Shown piece by piece: positions 22,806 to 35,430 of a stretch of DNA of 64,000 nt. This stretch comes from Selaginella moellendorffii (lineage: Eukaryota > Plantae > Lycopodiophyta). Numbering within the stretch: position 1 is the stretch's first letter; each line of letters begins with the position of its first letter. Both the position numbers and the translations under genes were made by a program. The stretch is from NCBI RefSeq assembly GCF_000143415.4, contig NW_003314302.1, positions 868,214-932,213 on the forward strand. Direction: 5' to 3'. Below the pieces are notes generated by a model. That model had not been told where the DNA came from, did not search any database, and was given only the letters and a program-made list of their open reading frames with translations.

Positions 22806-25800
22806 TTTGGAGAGTGGCACCGTTTCTTGGAGGGGGCGGGCCATCAAACAACAGTCTAGACGGATCACAAAAATCTCGAGTACTTTGCCACTTCCCGAGT
22901 TTTGAGCCATTGTCAAGCAAGGTGGGCACAATTCCTGAGTCGGTTTGACTTTGTTATCAAGTACAGACTTGGAAAGTTTCAAGGCCTTCGTGATGCTCTT
23001 TCAAGGCGCTCCTATCTTAGTCTCAGGCCTGGTAATCCTGCCTTCGATCAACAGGATCAAGTTATCCTTGGTCATGATCGGCTTCAAGTTATGGCAATTT
23101 CCCTGGCCCCTTAGGACTCCTCCTTGATGGATGTGATCAGAAACGATCTTCAATCCGATGACCTCGCCAGCGACATTTTCCCCCATCTTCAGGCTGGACA
23201 CTCAGTGACTCCCGACTGCCGGCGATTTGATGAGTTCGAGTTCTTAGATGGCTTGTTGTACCATGGGGAGCAGCTTTACGTTCCTAAAGGTGATGCTCGA
23301 AGGTTGGTCCTGATGGCATGCCACGATAGCCCGATTGCTGGTCACTTCAGCATCGCAAAGACCTATGAGCTAGTTGTACGGGACTTTTGGTGGCCTCACA
23401 TGGACAATTACATCAAAACTTTTGTTACCTCTTGTGACACTTGCGCCCGAAATAAAGTACCTTGCCACCTTCCTTCAGGTTTGCTTCGTTCTCTCCTGAT
23501 CCCTTCAGATCTTTGGGAATCCATCTCCATGGATTTCTTGAGTGATCTTTCGAGTTCTAGAGGCTTCAACAGCATTTTAGTCGTGGTGGATCGCTTCACA
23601 AAGATGGCGCACTTCCTGCCATGTACCAAGGAGTTTTCGGGCGAGGACATGGCAAAACTGGTATTCAGGGAAATTTTACAACTTCATGGGATTCCTGCAG
23701 ATGTGGTTTCGGATCGGGGACCTCAGTTCATCTCTCATTTCTGGCAATGATTTTTGCAACTGCTTGGAGTGAAGGCCAACCTCTCTTCGGCGTATCATCC
23801 TCAAACTGATGGACAGTCAGAGCGAATGATTCAGACGTTAGAACAATTCCTAAGGTGCTTCATCAACTATCATCAGGATGACTAATTCAATATCCTTCCC
23901 CTTGCTGAGTTCTCCTATAACAACTCTGTTCACTCCTCTCTTCGAGTTTCTCCCTTCTTTGCGAACTCTGGCCGAAATCCCCGATTCAATCTCTCACTTC
24001 CTTCTCCATCCAAATCCTCTCATTCAAATCCCCGCTCTGAGACATTTGTCTCCAACCTCCAGGAAATCCACAACTCCATCTCCTTCCACCTCCATCGTGC
24101 TCAGGAATCTCACAAAACATTTGCCAATGCCCATCGTCAGGATTGTCCCCCTTACAATATTGGGGATAAAGTCTGGCTCCTCGGGCAAAATATCTCCACC
24201 ACCAGGCCATGTCCCAAACTCGATTTCAAATGCCTCGGTCTTTTCCCTATCACTGCTATCATTAATCCTATTACTTATCACCTTGCACTTCCCTCCTCTT
24301 ATCAAATTCACCCCGTTTTTCACTCCTCTCTCCTTAAGCCTTATATTCCCAGTCCTATTCCAAATCGAGTCATTCCTCCGCCTCCATCAGTGTAGCTCGA
24401 GGATGGGTATGAGTACGAGGTTCAGGACATCCTTGATTCCAAGATCTCACGGTCTAAACTCTACTATCTGGTCGACTAGAAGGGTTATGGACCTAAAGAA
24501 CACACTTAGGAACCTGCGGACAACCTGATTCATTCTTCTGACCTTGTTTAGGACTTCCACCGCCACTATCCTTCTCGTCTCAGTCCTCATTCTTTTTCTC
24601 CATCTCCCGTCCCTCGCTGCCCATCTCATCCTCCTCTTCATTCTCATTCACGTCCTCGTTCCACTCGTTCTTGAGGAGGGGGTGCTATCAGGAATCCCCC
24701 AATTCATACCACATTCCTGAATCTCGTTGGATTCCTGACCTGCAGACCACATTCCTGATTCTCGAGACACTTCCCTATTCCTGACTCTCGAGACTTTTCC
24801 CTATTCCTGACTCTCTGATTTCATGTACGATTCCTGAGTCTTGAGCCACATTCCTGATGATGATGTGGCGCCTCCTTGACCTTAGCTATATTTAGGCCGT
24901 CCTCGATCCAAGAGTGGTAGAGCTTCATCAACCTATAGTATATATAGGTTAGCCTTGTTCCATTTCTCCACAATTTGAATCAACACCAGTCTAAGGCTTC
25001 TTCTTTTGTTTCCATTAGCTTTTCTCTTTGTCTTTTGCATTTTCCAGTCTTGATCTTGTTGGGGGTCTTGATAGATAAAGTTCTTTATGATATGCTGAAG
25101 GTGACTACTGACTTCATTGATGATCTATTGATCCACTTGAGGGGACATGGGAGGAACACATTTATAATATTTGTAAAGTGTTGGATCGGCTGTGGGAAGT
25201 TAATTTAAAGTTGAAATAATCAAAGTGCGTGTTTGGGTCTAAGAACATCACTTATCTTAGATACCATATTTCTCATAAAAGTTTGCAAGTTGATTTTGAC
25301 AAACTTATGGCCATTTTAAAGTTTGGTTTGAGCAATACTTTAGCAACTTTTCAGTAGATGATGGACAAGGTTCTTTGGGATATGTTGGAAGTGGCTGTTA
25401 ACTTCATTGATAATGTCTTGATCCACTCGAAAAGGATATAAAAGGAGCATATCCATGATATTTGAAAGGTGTTGAATTTACTATGGAAATTTTATTTAAA
25501 ACTAAAGTTGTCTAAATATATATTTGGGTTCAAGGATATGACTTATCTTAGGTATTATATTTATTGTGAGCGTTTGAGGTTGATCATGATAAATTTGTGG
25601 TTGTTCTAAAGTTCTATACTCCAAAGTGTGTGAATGATCTACAATGCTTCCTATGCAGTATTTCAATTATTTTGTTGATCATTTTTTTAATCAGCTTTCA
25701 CCATTATGAGATTTGCTGAAGTCATCAATGTTATCTTTCATTTAGTTTAAAGATTGCAAATAAGCCTTTATGGATCTCAAAGAGCTGTTGATAATTCCTT

Positions 25801-26949
25801 TAGTTTTGGCATATCTTTAACTTTTCATTTAGGTGTAAATGCTTCAAATATTGATCTTGGAGGTATCTTAATGCAAAAAAGTACAAGTGAGCCTAGTTAA
25901 CGTCATTCCATTCCATACATCAACCATACATTATAACTAACAGAGGTAAATTACTCCACAATAAAGAAGTGTTTAGTAGTAGTTTAGGGTTTTAAGAAGT
26001 TTCATATATACTTGTATAATATTATTAAGAAGGTCAATCATACTACTCAATGCACCATGAAGCTTTTGATATATGATTTTGAGATTACTCATTGCCTAGG
26101 GAGTTTTATGGCTAATGTTGATATCCTTTCTCAAGCCCCTCTCCTTTATTCATTCTTTTCTCCTATTGAAGTGAAATCAATTGCTCAAGTAGTTCTCAAA
26201 TACAAACCAAAGCCCTTATCGGTTTTCAAAGGAGTGAATGACTATAAGGTGGTGGAGGATTGATTTTACGATATAGAGGATTACTTCTGAGTGTTGTGAT
26301 TACCGAGCTCAGAGAAGGTCCCATATGCATACTTGGTAGATAATACCAAATCTTGGTAGAAAACAACAAAGGCTAATGAAAGATCGGTGGCCACTTGGGA
26401 AATGATGAAAGCAAATATCCGTGTGATTTATGTTCCTTCGAATGCTACTCTACACCTAAGGGATAACTAAGTAGGCTGAAACAAACCAGAACTATTCAAG
26501 AGCATGTGAATGTGTTTATGGCAAAGAAGATATTTGTCATAGATATGGGTGATATGGATGTGTTCCATGCCTTTATATCAGACTTGCAAACCTATACTTG
26601 AGGCAAGGTAATGCATTGGAACCCGAAGCATTGCATGCAGTTATTAATGTGTATTTCAACAATAATCTGCAAAAAAAGAACACAACGGAGTCAAGGTCCA
26701 ATTGGATTGAGCTGTTTGCAACTTGATTACAAGTTTTTATCTAAGTTGAGTGGTGGGAGGTTGTATAGCTAGTCTATGTGTATATGTGTGTCCAGTGTAT
26801 ATGTCATATAAGTCCTCTGTACATACTCCCTTCTTCACTTGTGATCTCATTCCATTAGCTTATCAATCTCCTCTTTCACGAATTCGGACTTGGCACAAAG
26901 TGCCTCATATGAGCTGCAGCAGCACTTATGACCAATTATCTCCTTCGTC

Positions 26950-27240
26950 ATCTCCAGGATAGCCTCGGGCTGCTCAAGCTTGCAGAGACTCTTGCAGAAC
27001 AACCTGATGCCAAATGCCGAGAATCTGTTCGACAGGATGGTCCGGACCGATTGCAAGCTGGACATGGGATTTGGTAGCCTGTGTACATAACCAAGCAAGC
27101 ACAGTAGAGACGCTGGACAAGATACTGAGTGAACCCTTGAGTTCGGCCAGTCTGAGCATGATGCTTGAGTACCATGCAAGCCCTAAAGTTCTTTGAACAG
27201 ATGAGTCGGGAAGGCTACAACCACATCCAAGCTTAATATG
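26950..27240 (+). pseudogene. PPR-like gene fragment, partly duplicated at ~29170-29260
   Basis: Peptides NAENLFDRMVR and LFEQMKREGY. TTTGAACAGATGA..GAAGG(C/T)TAC.ACCAC.TCCAAGCTT is shared between ~27192 and ~29208. Confidence 0.4.
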
Positions 27241-29499
27241 TCCATGTCCTCTCAGCTACTTTTGATCTGCCGGTTAACACAGTAAACTAAATGGGCTTTG
27301 TACCTGCTAATGAAATGTTATCAGGGCGTAATTTTTCACATAAACCTTATTTTTTGCTCAAGATACCGGATCACCAATATCCCTGCAGCTTCCACCAGAT
27401 GCCCTTCTTGGGCAGCTGCATTAAGAAGGCAGGGTGTTGACCGAGTCTATTTTGACCATCCATGTATGCAAGCAAGAATAGCAGAGCGAGCGGGCTTTGC
27501 TACCTACTTAGACGCATTCTTCGAGCGGCAAGAGAGAGCTGTGAGGGAGCGAGAGAGAGAGACGCCGAGACGCCGAGAGAGCGAGCAGAGCGTGAATGCC
27601 TGTCTGGCTCGATTTTGTCCTTGTCGTGCTGATAGCCATTTGCTGCATTCTGGGACTCGAATTCTTCGACACCCTGGATCCAACCCGCAGTGTTGTTGCA
27701 AGCTTGGGTTTCTTGGCCGCAGCATCTTTCAGTGGATCTGGCACTAGCCACACTTGCAGCTCTTTTTCGAGAGCTTTGCCTCACCACCAACTCATTCATT
27801 AGTCTGCGAAGCCTAACGCTCACTTAAATTGGAGCTAGGTTCCTTTGAAGAGGCTGAGTCCTCTCTTCACCAGCAACAAACATTGAGGCACCTCAAGTTC
27901 TTAATGCTCCCAACCTACTCAAGCAACCTTGCAGCTCATGCACAGCATACCTCTTTTTTCTCTTCTATTGTAGCACGACAGCATACATGGAGTAAGCCCC
28001 TTCATCTCAACGCATAATGCTCCACCCACCCATGGACACACACGGGAAAAACACTTTAAAAAGTATAGGGAGGTATACCATAGTTATTTGAGATAAATTA
28101 ACTTAACCAGTCTAAAAGGACTCAGCCCAATTCAGTTTTTCAGGCACAGTGGCAAGAGGATGAACTCCCCAACACCAGTGTATCTTCAAGGGGGTGAAGG
28201 TGCCGCGTGCAAGCGGATGGTAAATAATCCAGCGGTTTGTGGTGAAACCAACAATGAGTGCACAAAGGGGAATCCATTTGAGGTTGTAGCCACCCCGGTA
28301 CCGCAAGTGTGTGCCTTCCCCTTCGTTGAAGAAAGATGGGTCTTTTTGACAGCGAAGGCTTGTCACCACGGGGTGCCTAGACAACAGAACTGGCTGGGGC
28401 TGGCCATCCTTGCCACCGCCTTAGTGTGAATGCCTTGCTCGTCCTCCAGCAGCAGCACCTCAACGTTGCCGCTACCGGAGCTTATCAGCTCATACCTTGG
28501 CACCTGAATCTTGGACATGATCGAGGAGCAGAGCGAACACCAGTACGCCCAGCAGTGATCGGAGCACCTCTCGGCCCGCTTGCCTAGGCTCTCACCGAAG
28601 TCAATGGCAGTTGTTGTGTCAGCTTCGGATCTGCGAGAGCCTAGAGACTGGTTGGGGTCCAGCCGCCGCCGCTCATGCGGCGGAAGCATGCTGCTCCAGT
28701 CGGCTGCATCGAAGACCACGCCACCTGAAACACTGTCGCTAATCACCACCCGGTAACGCAACTTGGGCATCCGAGAGTTCAAATCCTTGTTGCAGCACCA
28801 ATCCGAGCCTTTGATGATGCGCCGGGGGGGCCCGTCTCCTCGCGGTGACTCTCCCCCCATAAACCTAAGGTTTTGCCAATTGCTGCTTTCAAGCAGACGA
28901 GAACCCTGCTGGATAGATTGTCAACAAGAACCTTAAAGCCGTCGCAAGGCTCTACCTTGTAGAGGATTCTGCCTTCCTTGACATCAGTGGTGGTGTATTT
29001 TGGACTAACCAGCTCTGTCGTGGCTTGCGCACAGAACGGCTCACCAATCACAGCTCGAGTGTGTCGAGACTGTACATGAAGCAGGCTTGCCTCTCACCGA
29101 ACGTAGAGACGTACAGCGTTCTATCATAGCGAATGCAGGCAAGTTCTCCGAGTATGCCGAGTACCTTTTGCAGATGCCAAGTTCGGAAGTACCACGACAT
29201 AGTCCTGTTTGAACAGATGAAACGAGAAGGTTACGACCACGTCCAAGCTTGTAACGTTCTCTGCCGCTGCTTGCGCCCCTTTAATTGGAGTTGGGTTATG
29301 GTCATTGTTAAGATTGATCAGTGCACCGATCGAGATGCCACACAACGCCTGAAGCATTCTAGAGTTGAAGCTAGAGCAGCTCGCGACCGTAGTGCATCTG
29401 AGCCACCTCCAGCAACTTCAGCAGCATTTTATTATGCTACAAGCTTACCGTCTCAGCAGCAGGAGGAAGTTTCTTCTAAGATGCAGCTTGATCTTTTGG

Positions 29500-31016
29500 C
29501 ACTCTTCCATCAGGCAGAAGCCACCATTCCCAAGACCCTGCCAGAAGCTTTGGCTGGTCCGAATGCAGCTGAATGGCAGTGGGCAATTTTACTGAATACC
29601 AATCTCTGCTGGAAAATGACACGTGGGAGTTGGTGGAGCTTCCTCCAAGCAAAATCATGAGCACAAAATGGCTGTTCTGGATCAAGTATAAGCCAGATGG
29701 CTCTATAGATCGTTACAAAGCCATATTTGTAGCTCAAGGATTTTCTCAGGTGGAAAGAGTAGACTTTGCATAAACATTGGGTTTCTCCAAGACTTCAGCT
29801 GACAACAATGTGTATTTGAAGCGAGTGGGAGAATTTTGAGCAATGATAACTCTCTATGTGGATGACTGCATCCTCTTCTTGAGTGAAGGTGCAACAATGA
29901 AGCAGTTGAAGCTGGATCTTGGGCGCCAATTCAAGATGGTCGACATGGAACCTCTTTACTATTGTCTTGGCATCCAGATCTTCTGAGACAGGAGGAAGGG
30001 AGTGATCCAGATGTCTCAGAAGAAGTATGCTGCAGAGGTTTCAGCTCAGTGAGCTGAACCCAGTGACTACACCTATGGAGGTTGGTCTGAAACTCTCCCA
30101 GGATATGTCACCAAAGACACCAGCTGAACATGAGCATATGAAGCGGATCCCCTATCGACAAATGGTGGGAAGCTTAGTGTACCTGGTGGTGTGTATGAGA
30201 CCAGACATAGCTTATGCTGTGGGAGCAGTTTCACAGCACTTGGAAAATCCTGGCTACCAGCATTGGCTAGCAGTAAAACAGATTTTCAGATACTTGAAGG
30301 GGACTGCCAACCATGGCCTTGTCTACAAGCAGCAACCCAGGGGTATTCAGCTGATTGGATACTCAGATGCCAATTGGGCTGGTGGAGTCGACAAGAGGAA
30401 GTCCACTTCAGGATATTTATTCAGCCTTGGTAGTGGAGAAGTTACTTGGTGCAGTAAGAGGCAGCTCACAGTTGCATCATCAAGCACAGAAGCTGAGTAT
30501 GTGGCCACTACCTTAGCAGCCAAAGAGTGTATTTGGCTGAGGCAGCTACTGAGTGGAGTATACTATCCACAGAAGACTCCATCAATTATCTTCTGTGATA
30601 TTAAGGGAGCAATTGCCTTGGCGAAGAACCCGAGGTTTCACGGACGCACCAAGCACATACAGGTACAGTTCCATTTTATTCGTGAGCAGGTTGCTATGGA
30701 GACAATGAACTGTGCGATGGGAGATCAGGTGGTAGATGTTTTCACCAAAGCTCTGCCCCTAGCTATGTTCTCCAGGCATGTCCAAGGTCTTGCCGTGCAG
30801 TTGCTGGAGGCTGACTCTCAGTTGAGCTTGAGTGGGAGTGTTGAGGACGTAGCCGCAATCTCAAGCCGGATTCCACATCAGCAGGAGAGACACTTCTGTC
30901 TAGGTTATGCAGATGATCACGCCTGACACAGTTTGTTCTTGATCCGTCTTCCGCAGTAGAAGTGGCCCCAGCATGGAGCGCTGCTGCACTCAGGCTGAGT
31001 GTCACTGTTTCTAACA
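29500..31016 (+). mobile_element. Truncated, internally deleted Ty1/copia element (RT-RNaseH, PPT and probable 3' LTR at ~30839-31016)
   Basis: SLLENDTWELVELP, KYKPDGSIDRYKA, LYVDD, GYSDANWAG..RKSTSG, SSTEAEY and TKHIQVQFHFIRE. TTGAGTGGGAG is followed by TGTTGAG...CTAACA. Confidence 0.88.
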
Positions 31017-31712
31017 AAGTCATGATCATGCTGGTATTTTTAGTTTGCTGTAGGTGCGGATTAGCAAAAGGTGCTTGGTCCTGCTCTCGCCGGTTTTGTG
31101 TTCACGCCAAAGCACAAGTCGAATGCGTACGACAAGGCAGAAAACGGATGAGCAAGCTGCTTCGCATACAACGGGAGTTTGCACGCGTTCAGAGCTCCAA
31201 TAGAATGACGCCAGCACTCTCTGTGCTGTGGAGAATCCATGAGAATAATCGTCTATGGATACGAGACGAACGGTAGAATTTTACATAGCAAAAAATAGCA
31301 TGTCCACTGAGCGTTGGCGATTCCGCTTTCAATATGTCACTGGCTTTGGTGACTGGATGATTGTGAACTGAGGTTTACTCCTCTTTAAAAAAGGACGGGA
31401 TCTGCATGGTTCTCGTTGTATCAATAAAGCTTGAAAACGCAACAATTCCACTTGTCCACGAGGATGATCTTGCTAACTTGTTCGAGGATTACAGTAAAAC
31501 ATAAGCGTCAACATATCCCAGGCTGGATATGAAACGGACGGACCACATAGCTAGAAAGCCCCGATTGCACGGATCTTCCAGATACCAACTAAACAAACCC
31601 TAAAATCCAGAGGTCTCGAGTTCGATTCTCAAGAACCCTAACAACAGCCCTAAATTCAAATTTGAATTGCTAGAACCTAAATGAAGTCCGATAGAACCCT
31701 AGGTTTTAGGGC

Positions 31713-32879
31713 ATGAAGCGGAGTGCGGATTGGGAAGACGCTTCTGCCTTCCTTGCGCGGGCGAAGGTTGTCCTGAACGATCTTGAGGCGGTGTATGGCG
31801 ATGTACCAGCAGCCGATTTCTTGTGGGATACAGGCAAATTCCAGGCGCTTGTACAACCTACGCAATATCACAACGTCGAGTCGGCAAGGGAATTCAGGTA
31901 CATAGGCAGGCGCAGGGCCAAGGATCTGCTTGCAGTGATGCAAGGTCTTCAAGCCGGTGCTGAGTTGCAGATTCAGGGCGCCAAGGGTTCTGGGAAGAGC
32001 ACTGCAGTGAGCGCCATAGCTGGCTACATGCTGGGGCGTCTGAAGCGGAAAGTGGTGTACCTATGCGCCGCTCGGTTCATCTCTTCGCCTGTGCACGTCC
32101 TTCGGCACGCATTACTGGTGGCAAGCGGCGGTGACGAGCGTTTGGCTGGCCTAGACAGCATGAAGGAGATTCAACGCTGCTGTGCGGCTCAATTGGATAC
32201 TTTGCTGTTCGTGGTAGACGACTGGGATAAGTTTGAAAGCTTTCCTCAAGAGCAGGCGGCTCTACTGGATGCAGTAGTGTCGGGTATCCACATTCTCGTC
32301 AAGCTTTCGTCGACCAACAGCAGGGAACGCAGAATATTTGCTGCCAGTGATAAGCCTCCTCCAACATTCGACTTCGACGGTCCTTACACGGACGATGAGC
32401 TCCAAACATGGATTGGACAGTCAAGCCTTCCGGAATACAGGTTAGCAGCACTTGACTGTCTAACTGGTGGGATGCCCCGGCTGTTACGGTTCTACGAAGA
32501 AGTGGAAGGGGACGCCCCGCGTTTCAAGCAGAAGATCGAGCAACCGTATACAAGCAAGCTGTTTGACAAGTTCATTGGGTTGCAGACCACCAAGGAACAG
32601 CTGGCGTCTGCCTTAAAAATGGTGACTACAGGTGTCCGAGGTATACATCTGAATCAGCCGGTGGACTTGACGTGCTTCTACAAGGACGGGTTTCGATACA
32701 AGATTCTGAGCCCATACTTGCGGACCAGAGCTGAGTACTATATCATGGAGAAAGAAAGGGAGCTGCAGAGTGGCCTCGAGTATGCTGCGATCCAGACTTG
32801 GGCAGGGGCTGTTAGAATGGACTGCCTTCGAGGCAGAAATCCTGCACGAGCAGGATGGAATGGGAAGGCTTGGTCATAA
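31713..32879 (+). CDS. Intronless P-loop NTPase of STAND/Crinkler-RHS (CR-NTPase) type
   Basis: 388 aa with Walker A GAKGSGKS, KVVYL, Walker B LFVVDDWD and a TGGMPRLL (GxP) motif. Several telo-boxes at 31595-31710. The true C-terminus may be affected by the adjacent gap. Confidence 0.7.
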   Translation: MKRSADWEDASAFLARAKVVLNDLEAVYGDVPAADFLWDTGKFQALVQPTQYHNVESAREFRYIGRRRAKDLLAVMQGLQAGAELQIQGAKGSGKSTAVSAIAGYMLGRLKRKVVYLCAARFISSPVHVLRHALLVASGGDERLAGLDSMKEIQRCCAAQLDTLLFVVDDWDKFESFPQEQAALLDAVVSGIHILVKLSSTNSRERRIFAASDKPPPTFDFDGPYTDDELQTWIGQSSLPEYRLAALDCLTGGMPRLLRFYEEVEGDAPRFKQKIEQPYTSKLFDKFIGLQTTKEQLASALKMVTTGVRGIHLNQPVDLTCFYKDGFRYKILSPYLRTRAEYYIMEKERELQSGLEYAAIQTWAGAVRMDCLRGRNPARAGWNGKAWS

Positions 32880-32887
32880 GCGGATGA

Positions 32888-32987
32888 NNNNNNNNNNNNN
32901 NNNNNNNNNNNNNNNNNNNNNNNNNNNNNNNNNNNNNNNNNNNNNNNNNNNNNNNNNNNNNNNNNNNNNNNNNNNNNNNNNNNNNNN
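32888..32987. other. Assembly gap (100 N)
   Basis: Run of N characters. Confidence 0.99.
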
Positions 32988-33959
32988 CAGCGACTGGAGG
33001 CCGGAGAAGTTGAACAAGGAAAAACTGGAGAAGGTCGAAGCAGATTTGATCAGCTACGTTGCTGCTTGCCATGGAGAGGAGGATACAAATGATGAGGACG
33101 ATCTTGGAGCGGAGCAGTGTGATGGAGTTGATCTGGCTCAAGTTAAGAGCGAGCCCGCTGAGTTCAAGAAGCTTGGGGACGTCCATCAATGCCTTGCAGA
33201 GTTTGATAAGTTTCTGGACCTTCAGGAACCTGCGAAGCTGGACAAGAAGAACATTAAACAGTGTGGTGGTGTAGTACAGGAGATTGGTATTCGATGGGCA
33301 TGTAGAAGATGGTCTCGCACGGATGCGGAGGTTTATTACTGCTGCCCAGCTCATAATCCGAATGAAATACAACTCCAAAGTAGTTCCAGCTCATAATCCG
33401 AATCCACTACTTTGAAGTTGTTTGTGCTGTGTAGGATTGGCTACCGTCGATCTGCTTGGCGGGGTAGAATCGACGGCTTAGCTATGCAGGAGCTTGCGTT
33501 GTTCTTTGGTTTGTGACGGGGAGGCCTGGGCGGAGGCGGAGCATTGCCGGCGGTGGAGCCTCGGCGAGGCCATGGCGATGATTTCCGTCTCGACAGGATC
33601 GTAAGGAGCGAGGTCGGAGACGGGCTTGACGGCGTTGGCTGCTGTCAGGAAGCCCCGCAGCCTAGGTTTTGGATTGCGCCAGGATCCATGGAATGGATCG
33701 TCGCTGTCATGGTGCGGGACGTTTCAGCAAGCCGTGCGATGTGCGTCATTGAGCAGGAGCAGCACTTGTCCTGGAAAGATGGCGATTTTCAGGCAACAGA
33801 TCATGGCTGCTGCTTCAAAAGGTTTGAAGGTTCCCCGATTACAGCTACATTTTGATAGGACTTTGAGCTGCATTGCATTCCGATGACTTCCAAGTTCAGT
33901 TCTGATATTTGGTTGAAGCCTACCAAGCCGTTTGAGGGGCAAAAGACTGGGACTAGTGG

Positions 33960-35430
33960 GCTTAGGAAAAGATACATTTTTTCAAGCTTGATTGAGCTAC
34001 ATTCACTCTGATGGCTCTTCCAGGTTAAGGAGTTTATGCACTATATGGACAATTGGACATAGGTATTCTGTGTTGCTCCTCTTATGAGACTGTGGGCAAG
34101 TGGAAGAGAAAATAGGTTATGCAGAATATAATAAATTCATCTATTATAAACAAATGAGAATGTATATTTTAGAAGGGGAATTAAGAAAAATAGTTTTAAA
34201 AGAGTGTAATGATGAATTTTTTATGCCCAAAACAATAGGGTTACTCAAGAGGAAGTATTATTGGCCAAGCATGGCTAAAAACATCCAAGACTATATAAAG
34301 ACATATTTAATATATTAGTAAGTCAAAATCATGACTAAGGTTAGTGGGGGTTTGTTACAAAGCCTCTTAATTCCAGAACATTTGTAGAAATGTCTTATGA
34401 TGGACTTTATCATGGGATTCTCCCCAAGTGAGGGGTTTAATGCGATATTTGTGGTGTTAGACTAATTTTCAAAAATGGCATATTTCATATCCACCACAAC
34501 AAAAGTGGATGTAGAAGGTGTGGCGAAGCTGTTCTTTAAACAAATGGTTCGAGTGCGAAGAAGGCCAAAAGAGATTATTTTAAATTGAGATAAGATCTTC
34601 ACCAATAAGTTCTAGAGAACTCTCTTAGAACAATATCGCACTAAGTTGAAATTCAACATAGTCTATCACTCATATACAAGTATTGGGTATTAATTCAAGT
34701 TTGATGGCATTAACACTTTTTGACAGACGGACAAACAGAAAAGGTGAATAGGTAGTTAGAGGATTATTTGCAATGCTATGTCTTTGGAGATCAGATTGAT
34801 TGGGTAAGTCATTTGGCACTTGCAAAAATGTGTTATAACAACTCACAACATTCGAGTATTGAGGTGAGTTCTTGGGAAGTTATCAATGGGTAAGCTATTG
34901 AAGGTCCTGTAGAACTCGGCATGGCTGAGTATTATGGAGAGTTACTTGCAGTAAAGGCATTCACGTCAGAAAGACTTAACATTTAGAATCTAATGAGGGA
35001 TTCCTTGGAATAGGCTCAACAAAGGCAAATTAAATATGCAAATCAGAAGCATCAGGATATAGAGTTCTAATTTGGGGATAAAGTGTAACTAAACACCAAA
35101 AACATAAGGTTACCAAGTGGGATCAGTTAGAAGTTGACCCAAAGGTAAAATGCATGTATTTCTAGAAATGAATTAATTTGAGTTCCTTAAGTAAGTGAGA
35201 TTGAGGCTCGAATTGGTAAAGTGGCTTACTGCCTCTGACTTCCTCGGGAGATAAAGAAGATGCACCTTGTGTTCCATGTGAATTTACTCAAGCCATACTT
35301 TAAGGATCCACTTTACAAGGACCAAGTAAGACCTTTACCTGAGGTTATCCAAGGGGAAGAGGAATACGAAGTCATGACCATCCTCAATGTGCGCAAGAGC
35401 AAGCAACAAAGACACGAGGTGAAGGAGTTT
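33960..35430 (+). pseudogene. Highly decayed Ty3/gypsy integrase-chromodomain relic
   Basis: RKYYWPSMAKNIQDYIKT, MDFIMG, DGQTEKVN, MHLVFHVNLLKPY and EEEYEV, with numerous stops. Confidence 0.8.

Larger units (their letters stand above)
10664..25073 (+). mobile_element. Ty3/gypsy chromovirus (Tcn1/Tf1-like), full length but mutated, with three nested insertions
   Basis: LTRs at 10664-11050 and 24686-25073; TSD GATAA at 10659-10663 and 25074-25078; PPT GAGGAGGGGG at ~24673. Gag, protease LLDSGAT, RT YLDNIL, RNaseH, integrase H..H..CDTC with SDRG, and a chromodomain EYEVQDILDS at ~24410-24570. Many premature stops. Confidence 0.95.
8800..26200 (+). pseudogene. Old Ty3/gypsy RT-RNaseH relic split by later insertions (pieces at ~8800-9090, ~10570-10663 and 25074-26200)
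   Basis: RT-like peptides INYQLLNKMIIPDVYPLPYI and DFIDDLLIH continue across the chromovirus TSD. An RT segment is tandemly duplicated at ~25075-25320 and ~25330-25620. Many stops. Confidence 0.65.

Noticed and set aside
32770-33942. ORFs spanning and following the gap
   Set aside because: The frame across the Ns is arbitrary, and no recognisable domain is present.
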